A DNA stretch of 64,000 bases, taken from positions 1 to 64,000 of IMG/VR virus record IMGVR_UViG_3300046727_000675; one strand, 5' to 3'. Within the stretch, counting starts at the first letter, position 1. Every line of letters begins with the position of its first letter. Source of the DNA: a virus. The notes beneath the pieces were generated by a model. It was given only the letters and a program-made list of their open reading frames with translations, was not told the DNA's origin and did no database searches. A program made the position numbers and the translations under genes. Below are positions 33,889 to 44,083 of the stretch, piece after piece.

Positions 33889-36783
33889 ATGGCGACCAAC
33901 GACACGGTTCTAGAGGTAGGCGCGCTCATCGACCTTGGGCAGTTCACCCCCGGGGTTCAGACGATGGCGTCGGAGACCCACGCCGCGACCGAGGAGATGA
34001 ACACCGACTTCGACCGCGTGGTCAGCGGGTCGAAGAAGCTCGGCTACAGCATGACCGAGGCGCGCCACACGGTGGTCGGCCTCGGCGAGGAGATCGGCGT
34101 CCACGTCCCGCGCGTCATCTCGACCTTCATCGCGTCGATCGGGCCGATCGGGTCGATCCTCGCGGCCGCGTTCGCGCCGATCGCGCTCATCGGGATCGTG
34201 CAGCTCCTCGGGCAGGTCGGGCAGAAGCTCGCCGAGCTCAGCGAGCAGGAGGAGAAGACCAGGACCGACGTCGCGAACTTCGACCGCGAGATGAACGCGT
34301 CGGCCGAGGCGCTCGACCGGGTGAAGGAGAAGGCCGCGGAGCTCGCCGGGGGGCCGCTCGCAGGCCTGGCGGCCGAGATGGCGCTCGCCGGCGACAAGAC
34401 CCTCGACATCTCGAAGTACGTCGAGGAGCTGAACAAGAGGCTGGCCGACTCGCCGGGGTTCTGGCGCTCCGTCGGCGGCGCGATCGGCGGCGCGGCCGTC
34501 GACGCGTGGCACCTGTTCGACGACGCCGCGGACGACGCGGAGCGCACGTCGAAGGACTTCAACCAGGAGCTGGCCAACTCGGTCAAGCAGTCGCGCGACC
34601 TGGGCGGGGCGATCGACCTGATGGCGGGGCGGCTTCGGTCCCTGAAGGACGCAAAGGCCGGGGTGAACCTCGCCGCGTACACCGTCGCGCAGGACGAGGA
34701 GTTCGACCGGCAGATCAAGATCACGGCGCAGGCCCTCGCGCACCTGAAGGAGATGCAGGCGAAGTTCGACCAGGAGAAGGCGAACCAGGCCAGCGAGGCG
34801 AGCCTGAAGCTCCTGAGCGAGCAGGAGAAGTCCGTCCTAAAGCAGAACGAGCTGGAGTCCGCCCGCGTCGCATTGCTGCGCAGGCTCGGGCTGCAGACAG
34901 AGGAGGAGACGCGCTCCAGCCTCCTGCGTCTCGAGGACGAGCGCTTCCGGATCGCGTCGGCCGGGGTCGCCCGCCAACGCGTCCTTCTCGAGCAGCAGGC
35001 GAAGGCGCAGCCCGGCGTGGACTTCGCCCAGGCGCGCGCGGGGCAGGACGCGCAGGCCGCGGAGCTCTTCCAGGAGCACGAGAAGAAGAGGTTCGAGATC
35101 TCAAGCGCGACGGACGACAAGATCACCGCGCGGGACAACGCGCTGGCGCTTCAACGCGTGACCGGGGCGAAGGAGGTGGCCGCCGCGGTGGCGGCCGCCG
35201 CGACCGCGGAGGTCGAGCGCGAGTTCCAGGCGCGCGAGGTCACAGCCGAGCGCGAGACCCAGGTGCTGCGGGCGCAGGCGGAGAAGCGGCAGCGGGCGGA
35301 GCAGGACGTGCTGGACGAGCAGTTCCGGCAGGCGCAGGCCCGCGGCGAGGTCGGGGAGAAGGACCGGCAGGAGATCGACGACAAGCGCCGCGCCCACCTG
35401 GTCGCCAGCCAGGCGGAGCTCGACAAGATCGACGCGGACGGGAAGAAGAACAGCGAGGCGAGGTTCGCCGAGAACGTGGACCGGCAGCTGGCGCTGTCGC
35501 GCGAAAGCCTGGCCGAGCAGGAGCGGCTCCTGACGGCGGCGATCGCGGCCTATGTCGCGGCCTACGGCGCCGACGGCGAGGCCTACGAGAAGCTGGTCCA
35601 GAAGAAGAGCGAGCTGACCCTGCGGCTGGCCGACGCGCAGCGCGCCGAGCGGGCGCTCGAGCTCGACGCGGCCCTGGCGCATCAGCGCGCGCTTCTCTCG
35701 ATCGAGCGCGCCGGCATCGAAACGCGGCAGGCGGTGGGCCTCCTGAGCCCCGGCCGCGCGGAGGCGCAGCTGGAAGCTGTGTCGCAGGTCGAGATCGCGG
35801 CCGAGAGACGGACGCTGCTGGCGAAGCAGGCCCTCTGGGAAAAGGGCTCCGCGGAGTACGCGCGGATCCAGAAGGAGCTCGAGGCGCTGAATGATCAGGG
35901 GCTGAGGCTCCAGGCCGAGGACGAGAACCGCGCGTTGCACGAGCGGATGGCGCGGTGGAAGACGTTCAGCGGGCAGCTCGCGGGGGACTTCTCGAACGCG
36001 ATCGGGCAGATGATCCAGCGGCAGCGCACCGCGAGCGAGGCCTTCCGCGAGCTTGTCGGGAGCATGGTCACGCAGTTCGTGCAGGGGCTGGTGAGGATGG
36101 CCGTGCAGCACGCCCTGACCGAGCTCCTCATGCTGACCAGCACCGCGAAGACGCAGACGGCGCAGACGGCCGCGGTGGGGGCCGCGCAAACGGCGCAGAC
36201 GGCCGCGATCGTCGCGGCGCAGACGGCGCAGACGGCCGCGATCGTCGCGGCGGGCAAGGCCCAGAAGGCGAGCGGCGCGGCGTCCGAGCCCGGCGACGGC
36301 TCCGCGGCGACGGACGAAGGAGCCGGCGCGGGGCCGACCGCGGCCGGGCTCGGGGCCAAGCCGACCGCAATCAGCCACGCCTACCAGGACGCGGCGAAGG
36401 CGTTCCACTGGGTCATGGGCGCCGTTCCTCCTCCGATCAGCTTCGCGCTCGCGCCCATCGTGGCGGCCGGCGTGTTCTCCGCGGAGATGGCGTTCGCGAG
36501 CGGCATCATCGCCTCGGCGGCCGGCGGGTTCGAGGTGCCGCACGACCAGCTCGCGTTCCTCCACAAGGAGGAGAAGGTGCTGCCGCGCGGAATCTCCCAG
36601 GGCTTCAACCGCATCATCGAGCAGGGCGGCGCGGGCGGCGCGACGAGCGTGACGCACCACCACAACTACAACATCACCGTGCCCCAGGGGCCGAACCGGG
36701 CGGAGACCCTCAGGATGGTGCACGACGAGCTTGTGCCGATGATCCGGTCGGCCTCGCGGAAAGGGCTTCTCCCCAGCGCATGA
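33889..36783 (+). CDS. Tape measure protein
   Basis: 964 aa, Ala/Glu/Gln-rich helical; C-terminal 'SAAGGFEVP...LHKEEKVLP'. Confidence 0.9.
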   Translation: MATNDTVLEVGALIDLGQFTPGVQTMASETHAATEEMNTDFDRVVSGSKKLGYSMTEARHTVVGLGEEIGVHVPRVISTFIASIGPIGSILAAAFAPIALIGIVQLLGQVGQKLAELSEQEEKTRTDVANFDREMNASAEALDRVKEKAAELAGGPLAGLAAEMALAGDKTLDISKYVEELNKRLADSPGFWRSVGGAIGGAAVDAWHLFDDAADDAERTSKDFNQELANSVKQSRDLGGAIDLMAGRLRSLKDAKAGVNLAAYTVAQDEEFDRQIKITAQALAHLKEMQAKFDQEKANQASEASLKLLSEQEKSVLKQNELESARVALLRRLGLQTEEETRSSLLRLEDERFRIASAGVARQRVLLEQQAKAQPGVDFAQARAGQDAQAAELFQEHEKKRFEISSATDDKITARDNALALQRVTGAKEVAAAVAAAATAEVEREFQAREVTAERETQVLRAQAEKRQRAEQDVLDEQFRQAQARGEVGEKDRQEIDDKRRAHLVASQAELDKIDADGKKNSEARFAENVDRQLALSRESLAEQERLLTAAIAAYVAAYGADGEAYEKLVQKKSELTLRLADAQRAERALELDAALAHQRALLSIERAGIETRQAVGLLSPGRAEAQLEAVSQVEIAAERRTLLAKQALWEKGSAEYARIQKELEALNDQGLRLQAEDENRALHERMARWKTFSGQLAGDFSNAIGQMIQRQRTASEAFRELVGSMVTQFVQGLVRMAVQHALTELLMLTSTAKTQTAQTAAVGAAQTAQTAAIVAAQTAQTAAIVAAGKAQKASGAASEPGDGSAATDEGAGAGPTAAGLGAKPTAISHAYQDAAKAFHWVMGAVPPPISFALAPIVAAGVFSAEMAFASGIIASAAGGFEVPHDQLAFLHKEEKVLPRGISQGFNRIIEQGGAGGATSVTHHHNYNITVPQGPNRAETLRMVHDELVPMIRSASRKGLLPSA
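36154..36252 (+). repeat. 33-nt tandem repeat (QTAQTAAxVxAA, about 3 copies) in the tape measure gene
   Basis: Repeated CAGACGGCGCAGACGGCCGCG units. Confidence 0.8.
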
Positions 36784-37709
36784 GCAACGACGTCTATCCC
36801 TCCCCGTTCCGCGGGCTCGCGTTCACCGTGACCAAGACCCCGCAGTTCTCGAACATCCTGCAGTCCTCGGCCTCGCTCGCGGAGGTCACGATCGCGCAGA
36901 CGGCGAACCCGGTCTGGGCCTGGCAGCTCGTCTACGAGGTGCTGTTCAACGACGCGCGCTCCACGGCGGGGTTCTCGCCGTACACCGACCTGCAGGAGCT
37001 GATGGGGTTCTTCCTCAAGCAGCAGGGGCGGTTCTCGAACTTCCTCTACCTCGACCCCGACGACAACGCCGTGGGCCCGGCGATCTCCTCCAACGGGGCG
37101 AACCTCGCCCCCGCGGCCACGGGGACCCCGAGCGCGACGGCCGCCCTGCAGCTCGTGAACGACGGCGCCGGGAACTACTACACCCCGTTGCAGCGGAACC
37201 TGGGCGGGCAGTTCTATGAGGACGTCACGGACCTGAACGCGGCCGGGACCTACGGCGGCGCGGCGCAGGCGATCTACGTCAACGGGGCGCTAGCGAAGGG
37301 GTACCTCGTGGCGGGCCCGGGCCTCGCGATCCCCGGCCACTCGTTCGGCGGGTTGTACGTCCCGTGGGCCTGGCGCGCGGGGCACGCGTACGCGCTCGGC
37401 GACACGATCATCGACCCCGCCGGACACCTGCAGAAGGCGACGACGGCCGGAACGTCCGGGGGGACGATCCCGACGTTCAACGACGCGGGCAGCACGACCC
37501 CCGACGGCGTCGGGACCCTGGTCTGGACGGACCAGGGCGCCGCGGCCGGTGTCACGGGGCAGTTCTCGTTCTACTTCCGCGTGCGCTTCGACGCGGACCA
37601 GCAGGACTTCGAGAAATTCGTCTACAACCTCTGGACGATCGGGGGCAGCGAGGGGCGGAACGGGAGCGGGTCGCTGAAGCTGGTGACGAGCCGGGTGCCG
37701 CTGATATGA
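36780..37709 (+). CDS. Distal tail protein (DUF2460/GTA-like)
   Basis: 'KTPQFSN', 'FLYLDPDD', 'FSFYFRVRFD'. Confidence 0.75.
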   Translation: MSNDVYPSPFRGLAFTVTKTPQFSNILQSSASLAEVTIAQTANPVWAWQLVYEVLFNDARSTAGFSPYTDLQELMGFFLKQQGRFSNFLYLDPDDNAVGPAISSNGANLAPAATGTPSATAALQLVNDGAGNYYTPLQRNLGGQFYEDVTDLNAAGTYGGAAQAIYVNGALAKGYLVAGPGLAIPGHSFGGLYVPWAWRAGHAYALGDTIIDPAGHLQKATTAGTSGGTIPTFNDAGSTTPDGVGTLVWTDQGAAAGVTGQFSFYFRVRFDADQQDFEKFVYNLWTIGGSEGRNGSGSLKLVTSRVPLI

Positions 37710-38905
37710 GGAGCTTCACGGGGGGAGACGGGTCGGACACCACCGCGGCGGTCCTCGCGTGGCTGGCGGCCCACCGCGCCCTCATCCCGGCCGACCTCTA
37801 TCTCATCGGGGACCTCGACGACCCCCAGGCGCTGGCGCTCACCAGCTGGGAGTCGCCGCTCTGCTGGCCGATCTGGGGGACGAAGGACCCCGTGACGGGG
37901 CTCCTGCGGTTCCTCCCCGCCGTCGTCGAGCGGGGGGACATCGAGAGCAAGATCGGGCTCGCGGTCTCGGACCTCGAGCTCACCTGGACGCCCCTGAACA
38001 CCGCGTACAGCGAGTCGATCGAGACGGCGAGCCCGTACCAGCTCGCGCAGCTCGGGTTCTTCGACAACAAGCTTTTTCGGTGCTGGACGACGCTCATGCC
38101 GACGCCGGGCGACGCCAGCACCTTCGGCGCCGCGGCGATGTTCGGCGGGCGCGTGGGGCAGTCGAAGACCGACCGCGGCAAGATCGTGTTCACCGTCAAC
38201 AGCTTCCTCGACGTGGTGAACGAGATGGTCCCGACGAACGTGATCGAGCTGACGAACGCGCTCGCGGGGTACGCCGGCGCGACCCCGCCCGCGGGGATGG
38301 ACGCGATCCCGCAGTTCGCCGTCGTCGCGGGCAGCGGGGGAAGCCCGCTGACCGCCGGCACGATCATCGGGGACGAGACGGGCCCGAACGCGCACCAGCT
38401 GTTCGCGCGGGACGCGCTGCGCGGCGGGTTCCTGATCTTCAACGCCGGCGCCGGCGCGACGCTCGCGCGGCAGCTCGCGCGGATCGCCTCGAACGACGTG
38501 GTCGTCATCGGCCTGAACCACTACAACCGGTTCATCCTCTACGACCCGCTGCCGTGGGCCCCGACGGTCGGGGTCGACACGTTCTTCGTGAGCGGCGCGG
38601 CGCCGGTCAACACGGGGGCGATCACCTCCGCGGAGATCGACAACCCCGGGACCGGCTTCACCGTCGGAGACCGGCTGTCGGTCAGCGATGGGCACGCGGG
38701 GACGGCCGCGGTGATCGAGGTCATGGCGGTCGGCGGGGGCGGCGCGATCGCCGCGGTCCAGGTCGTCGACGGCGGCCAGGGGTACATCCCGACGACGGGC
38801 GCCGCCGCCTCGGGCGGGACGGGCGCCGGCGCGACGTTCGACATCGGCGTGGTTCCAGAGGGGCAGGGGTTTCCGTACGTCCCCGCCCCGCAGACGGGGG
38901 TCTGA
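37706..38905 (+). CDS. Baseplate hub protein (DUF2163-like)
   Basis: Synteny; C-terminal 'GFPYVPAPQT'. Confidence 0.7.
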   Translation: MRSFTGGDGSDTTAAVLAWLAAHRALIPADLYLIGDLDDPQALALTSWESPLCWPIWGTKDPVTGLLRFLPAVVERGDIESKIGLAVSDLELTWTPLNTAYSESIETASPYQLAQLGFFDNKLFRCWTTLMPTPGDASTFGAAAMFGGRVGQSKTDRGKIVFTVNSFLDVVNEMVPTNVIELTNALAGYAGATPPAGMDAIPQFAVVAGSGGSPLTAGTIIGDETGPNAHQLFARDALRGGFLIFNAGAGATLARQLARIASNDVVVIGLNHYNRFILYDPLPWAPTVGVDTFFVSGAAPVNTGAITSAEIDNPGTGFTVGDRLSVSDGHAGTAAVIEVMAVGGGGAIAAVQVVDGGQGYIPTTGAAASGGTGAGATFDIGVVPEGQGFPYVPAPQTGV

Positions 38906-38906
38906 G

Positions 38907-39395
38907 TTGATCGAGCTCGCGAACGACGGGATCTTGAAGAGACGCGCGGCGATCGTCGCGGAGGCGCGGTCGTGGGCCGGAACGCCGTACGTCGTGGGCG
39001 GCCGCGTCAAGGGCGCGGGCTGCGACTGCGGCTCGTTCCTCATCTCGGTGGCCGTGGCCTGCGGGCTGGTGACGGACGAGCAGCTCGCGCCGTACTCGAT
39101 GGACTGCTGGCAGCACTGGAAGGACGAGGTGTACTTCAAGCGGATCATGCGCGACACGGTCAAGGTGCTCGAGGGGGTGGTGTACCGCACGACGGAGATC
39201 CTCCCGGGGTCCCTGGTCCTCACGCGCACGGCCACGAGCAGTCACTTCAACCACGGCGGGATCGTCACCGCCTGGCCGCTGATCATGCACCAGCCGGGGC
39301 CCACGGCGCGCGAGGCCGACGCGACGAGCCACCACCTGTGGGCGTACCACCCGCTGGCCGTGTTCGACTTCAACGCGCTGCGGGGAGGCGCGTAG
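38907..39395 (+). CDS. NlpC/P60 tail-associated peptidase
   Basis: 'EARSWAGTPY...KGAGCDC', 'HGGI', second His. Confidence 0.88.
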   Translation: MIELANDGILKRRAAIVAEARSWAGTPYVVGGRVKGAGCDCGSFLISVAVACGLVTDEQLAPYSMDCWQHWKDEVYFKRIMRDTVKVLEGVVYRTTEILPGSLVLTRTATSSHFNHGGIVTAWPLIMHQPGPTAREADATSHHLWAYHPLAVFDFNALRGGA

Positions 39396-42300
39396 TGTTC
39401 GGCGGGAAGTCCAACGCGCTCCACCGCGCCTACCTCGCGGGGCTGCAGGCGCAGACCAGCGTGTACGGCGCGACGATCCCGGTCTACTACGGCCGCACGC
39501 GCGGGAACCCGCTCGTTACCTGGGCCGCGAACCTGCGCGAAGGGTCGTCACTCACGCAAAAAAAATCTTCACTTTTTTTCCATCCGACGACCTACGTCCG
39601 CAACGCGGACTACCTGATCGGTCACAACCCGATCGTCAACCTGCTGCAGATGTGGTGGAACAACAACAAGCTCAGCCTGAACTTCGTCAAGTACACGGCG
39701 CTGATCACCTACCCGTTCGCGAACTCGAACGGCCACGTCACCATCCCCGACGCGGAGTTCTACTGCGTGCTCGCCGTGACGGCGAACGTCGCCTACGACG
39801 AGACGTTCGACGACTACGGGGGGCAGGGGCCGAACCACGTGACGGGCGTCTTCGAGGCGCCGCTGTGGAACGTGAACTACGCCGGGCCGGACCCGACCGA
39901 CCAGAACGGCTACCGCCAGTACCCCGCCGTGTACCAGTGGCTCCCGGGGTCGGGGCCGACGGTGAACTTCCCGCCGGGCGCGGTGTCGCTCATCCCGAAC
40001 ATCGTGCCCGACGGCGCGAGCTTCGACGTCAACATCTACTACGCGCAGCTCTCGCCGGGCGCGTGGAACTTCCACAGCAAGCATTCAAGGGGGATATTCG
40101 TCCCGTGCAACGCGCTGCGCTTCGGCTTCGAGTCGGTGCTCGGCAGCGACGCGTTCGTCTACACGGACGACGGCGCGCCGGCCGAGCAGCAGATCCAGTA
40201 CCCGGCCTACGCGGGAATGGGGTCATCGTTCGAGGACTGCGGGGTGTCGGGCGTCGCGCCGCCGCTCCTGGCGGAGGTGCTCGGCTCGTTCCCGGTCAAC
40301 GACCCCGACGGCGACGCGGACCACGCCGACATGATCGAGGACATCTTCAAGTCCGGCCCGGCGCAGGCGGGCTCGGGCGCGCCGGCCGCGTACGGCGACC
40401 TCCACCACGGGCTCGGGTGCCTCGACTTCCCCGGCACGATCCAGAAGAAGGTCGTCTACGGCGGCGTCCAGCCGTGGCTCGACAACGTGACCTTCGACCT
40501 CGCGAACACGAAGGGGAACTACCTGTTCTGCCAGCTCGTGCAGGACACCCTGGTGCCGCAGGACGTGGGGATCTCGGACACCGCCGGGAACGCCTGGACC
40601 CCGCTGTACCCGCCGACGCTCTCGAAGCAGCTGTGGTACTGCGTGGCGAAGGCCGCGCAGTCGAACAAGATCACCTTCACGAACATCGATCGGTTCATGT
40701 CCGTCACGCTGCTCGAGATCGGGGGCCTCGACACGCTCGACGGCGCCCCGGCCTACGCGGCCGGCACCGGGGGGAAGTACCAGGCGACGGTCACGCCGAC
40801 GAACAGGCCGGGCGAGGACGCGCTGATCCTGTCGTTCGTCTCCGTGGACCCGGGGCAGGGGCCGATCCCCGCGCCGCCGTTCCACTGGGAGCGCAGCGTC
40901 AACGGGGGAGACTCGGTCGCCGCGCCGTCGCTCGCGATCGACTTGTACCGCACCAAGTTCCCGAAGGCCTACCCGCTCTCCTACTCCTTCGGGGGCGGGG
41001 CCCACTGGAACGTGGTCCTGCTGTGCCTCAAGAACTCCGAGCCGAACACGTTCACCTCGCCGCTCGGCGACATCCTCGATGACGCGACGATGCGGCAGGC
41101 GCGGCTCCAGGCGCGGGCGTACGGGCTCAACGGCTCGCTGGTGATGGACTCGCAGAAGAAGGCCTCGGACTGGCTCGAGGAGCTGTACCGGGTGCTGAAC
41201 GCGGCGCCGGTCTGGAGCGGGTTCAGGCTGAAGTCGATCCCGTACGCGGAGCAGAGCTTCGCGGGGCGCGGCGCGGTCTACGTCTCGCCGACGGCCGCGG
41301 GGCCGGTCATCGACCTGACGGAGGACGACTTCATCGCCGACGAGACCAACCCGCCGGTGACGGTGACGCGCAAGGCGCAGGTCGACGCGCCGAACCTCCA
41401 CCAGATCCAGGCGCCGAACCGCGACTCGAACTACGACGTGAGCGTGACCGCCGAGGCGGACAACGGGTCGATGACCCTGTACGGGACGCGCAAGGACTCG
41501 CCGAAGGCGTTCGCCTCGATCCAGACCACGCGGGTCGCGCGCATGATCCTCGGCATCATCTCCCGCGAGCAGAACATCATCCGCAACGCGTACTCGTTCA
41601 GGCTGCAGGCCCGCGTCGGCATCCCGCTCGAGGCCATGGACCTGGTCATGATCCCGAAGCAGGCCGTGCAGCCCGCGCCGGACCCCGCCCGCCCGGTCGC
41701 CGGCGCGATCGCGCTGCGGCTCACGAGCGTGAAGACGGACGGCAAGTACGGGGTCGCCTGCGAGGCGGAGCCGTTCATCTACGGGCTGCGCACCCCGCTC
41801 CCGCTCACGGTCTCGGTCGCGAACCCGAACCTGCCCGCCTTCGGCGGCGCCCCGCCGGACGTCAACGTCCCGGTCATCTTCGAGGCGGTGCCCGCGATCG
41901 CGGGGAAGACGAACCTCGGCGAGCTCTGGCTCGTCCTGTCGGCCGCCGGGAACTATGGCGGCTGCGTCGCGTACATGTCCACGGACGGCGGGGCGAGCTA
42001 CCCGCTCCTCGGCCCGAACGGAGGGGGAATCATCACGGGCAGCGCGACGACCGGGGTCTCCACCGCCGACTGGCCGGCCGGCGCCGACCCGGACACGGCG
42101 AACGACCTGCCCGTGGACCTGACCGAGTCCGCCGGCGCGCTCGCCTCCTTCCAGGTCTCGGACGAGGACAACTTTGTCTACCCGTGCTACATCGCGGGCG
42201 GCGGCGCGAACCCGATTCCGTACGGGCTGCTGGCCTACGCGATCGCGAACCTCACCGCGCCGAACAAGTACACGCTGAAGGCGACGGGCGGCGGGACCAA

Positions 42301-42604
42301 CCACCTTCGGCGCTCCGTGTTCGGCGCCCCCTGCCCGAGCCCCGACGTGGACCACCCGAACGGCTCGCGGTTCGCGTTCCTCGACCCGAACAATCCGGCG
42401 CCGGCGGGGATCCTGCGGCTCCCGCTGAACCCCGCGTGGATCGGCGTCACGCTGCACTTCAAGTTCACATCGTTCAACGCCGTCCACGGCGGCGTCCAGG
42501 ACGTGGCCACCGTGACGGACTACACCTTCACCCCGACCGGGGTCCCGGGCGGCGTCAACCCGTCGGGGATCGGCCCCGTCGTGGGGCTGGTGAACGGAGC
42601 CTAG
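39395..42604 (+). CDS. Tail tip / host-specificity protein
   Basis: 'TSVYGATIPVYYGRTR', large beta-rich protein, 'HFKFTSFN'. Confidence 0.8.
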   Translation: MFGGKSNALHRAYLAGLQAQTSVYGATIPVYYGRTRGNPLVTWAANLREGSSLTQKKSSLFFHPTTYVRNADYLIGHNPIVNLLQMWWNNNKLSLNFVKYTALITYPFANSNGHVTIPDAEFYCVLAVTANVAYDETFDDYGGQGPNHVTGVFEAPLWNVNYAGPDPTDQNGYRQYPAVYQWLPGSGPTVNFPPGAVSLIPNIVPDGASFDVNIYYAQLSPGAWNFHSKHSRGIFVPCNALRFGFESVLGSDAFVYTDDGAPAEQQIQYPAYAGMGSSFEDCGVSGVAPPLLAEVLGSFPVNDPDGDADHADMIEDIFKSGPAQAGSGAPAAYGDLHHGLGCLDFPGTIQKKVVYGGVQPWLDNVTFDLANTKGNYLFCQLVQDTLVPQDVGISDTAGNAWTPLYPPTLSKQLWYCVAKAAQSNKITFTNIDRFMSVTLLEIGGLDTLDGAPAYAAGTGGKYQATVTPTNRPGEDALILSFVSVDPGQGPIPAPPFHWERSVNGGDSVAAPSLAIDLYRTKFPKAYPLSYSFGGGAHWNVVLLCLKNSEPNTFTSPLGDILDDATMRQARLQARAYGLNGSLVMDSQKKASDWLEELYRVLNAAPVWSGFRLKSIPYAEQSFAGRGAVYVSPTAAGPVIDLTEDDFIADETNPPVTVTRKAQVDAPNLHQIQAPNRDSNYDVSVTAEADNGSMTLYGTRKDSPKAFASIQTTRVARMILGIISREQNIIRNAYSFRLQARVGIPLEAMDLVMIPKQAVQPAPDPARPVAGAIALRLTSVKTDGKYGVACEAEPFIYGLRTPLPLTVSVANPNLPAFGGAPPDVNVPVIFEAVPAIAGKTNLGELWLVLSAAGNYGGCVAYMSTDGGASYPLLGPNGGGIITGSATTGVSTADWPAGADPDTANDLPVDLTESAGALASFQVSDEDNFVYPCYIAGGGANPIPYGLLAYAIANLTAPNKYTLKATGGGTNHLRRSVFGAPCPSPDVDHPNGSRFAFLDPNNPAPAGILRLPLNPAWIGVTLHFKFTSFNAVHGGVQDVATVTDYTFTPTGVPGGVNPSGIGPVVGLVNGA

Positions 42605-43120
42605 ATGCCGACGCCCCCGACGCCCACGAGCTTCAACTTCTCGGACACGAACCCCGCGGCGCCAGCCGGCCGGGTCAACGGCAAGTGGCTCGCGTCCGCG
42701 CCGTACCCGCTCGTCGTGCTGGTCAACAACGTGCCGGTGACGATGCAGTTCCGCGACTTTTCCGTCGACCTCCCGGACGTGGGCTCGGGGAGTGTGATCG
42801 GTTTTGTGATGAATAGCGGGGCGACGGGGACAAACGTCGGTGCTATGATGATTGCGCCGCACGCGGGCGCAATCACGAAGGTCAAGCTGGTGACGAAGGC
42901 GTCGGACGCGGCGATCGACCTCACGTTCGACATAAAACAAAACGGCGTATCAATTTTCACCGCGCCGCTGACCGTGGCTCACGGCACCGCATCCGGCACT
43001 CTTACCACGTTCGCGGGAGTGCTGACCAGCTCCCCGCTCGCGATCGCGGCGGACGACATATTCACGATCGACATCACCAGCGGCGCCGCGACCTGGCAGT
43101 TCACGGTTCAAATTGAATAG
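42605..43120 (+). CDS. Minor tail protein
   Basis: Beta-rich; directly follows the tip gene. Confidence 0.6.
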   Translation: MPTPPTPTSFNFSDTNPAAPAGRVNGKWLASAPYPLVVLVNNVPVTMQFRDFSVDLPDVGSGSVIGFVMNSGATGTNVGAMMIAPHAGAITKVKLVTKASDAAIDLTFDIKQNGVSIFTAPLTVAHGTASGTLTTFAGVLTSSPLAIAADDIFTIDITSGAATWQFTVQIE

Positions 43121-43129
43121 GGGTAACCC

Positions 43130-44083
43130 ATGTCGACACAGCAGCTTCAACTGGTAGAAGACTCCTCCTCTCTCGCGAACTACAAAGCGTGGGCGCAGGC
43201 GATCAGCGACTGGTTCCGCACCGTCGGCTACACGAACACGACGGACACCGGGCAGCTCAACGGCGCAGGCGGCGGGGTGGGCGGCGCGGCGGGGTGGGCG
43301 GCGCTCGGCGCGGCCCCTGGCTCCGCCGCGTTCTTCTACGAGATCTTCCAGTCCAACGGCAGCGGACTGACGACGTTCTACGTCAAGCTGGAGTACGGGA
43401 ACATCGCGGGGACCAATTCCCCGACCATCGCGATAACGCTGGGCACGGGCACGAACGGGTCGGGGACGCTCACGGGATTCGTGACGACGCGGCACCGCAC
43501 GGCGTCCGCTTCATTCACCCCCGCGAGCGCGACGACGCCGTACGAGTGCGATTTCACCGGGGATGGCGCGAACGACCGCATCGGCGTGATGATGTGGCGA
43601 AATGCGGTAATCAATAGCCAAGTCGGTCTTATCGCGATCGAACGCTCCATCAACGCGTCCGGCGTGTACACGTCGGGGTACGTGACGGTGTACGTGATCA
43701 ACGGAAGTGAAACCGGAACGAGCGCGTCGGGCACTATGGAGACGATCGTCTTCGGCGTGGGCGTCGCTCCTACCCCTTTTGACAGAGGATTTTCCGCAGG
43801 GGCGACCGGTTGGCCTGTGAGATCGTTTTCGCCGACTACCGGCGGCACTCTCGCTTTTAACGGCTCGATTCCAGTCGATACGATCGCGCCGTTCGTGGGT
43901 TTCATTGATTACCCCGGTACGATGGTCGCCAGCATGTTTGGCGCGGACTTCGCCGAGGGAGTGCCGTTCCAGATAACGCTGTACGGAAGCACCAGAACGT
44001 ATATGGTCAGTAAGAACGGAGGATTTGCGACATCCGGTGTTGCACTCGGCGGACTGCTGGCAACCGCGATGAGATACGACTAA
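43130..44083 (+). CDS. Minor tail / receptor-binding-like protein
   Basis: Gly/Thr-rich beta protein; lower-GC 3' half. Confidence 0.6.
   Translation: MSTQQLQLVEDSSSLANYKAWAQAISDWFRTVGYTNTTDTGQLNGAGGGVGGAAGWAALGAAPGSAAFFYEIFQSNGSGLTTFYVKLEYGNIAGTNSPTIAITLGTGTNGSGTLTGFVTTRHRTASASFTPASATTPYECDFTGDGANDRIGVMMWRNAVINSQVGLIAIERSINASGVYTSGYVTVYVINGSETGTSASGTMETIVFGVGVAPTPFDRGFSAGATGWPVRSFSPTTGGTLAFNGSIPVDTIAPFVGFIDYPGTMVASMFGADFAEGVPFQITLYGSTRTYMVSKNGGFATSGVALGGLLATAMRYD

Noticed and set aside
36154-36252. Tandem 33-nt repeat as a regulatory element
   Set aside because: It encodes an 11-aa repeat, which is normal for tape measure proteins.
36780-42604. Gene transfer agent
   Set aside because: The tail tip module is GTA-like, but replication, early and modification genes indicate a true phage.
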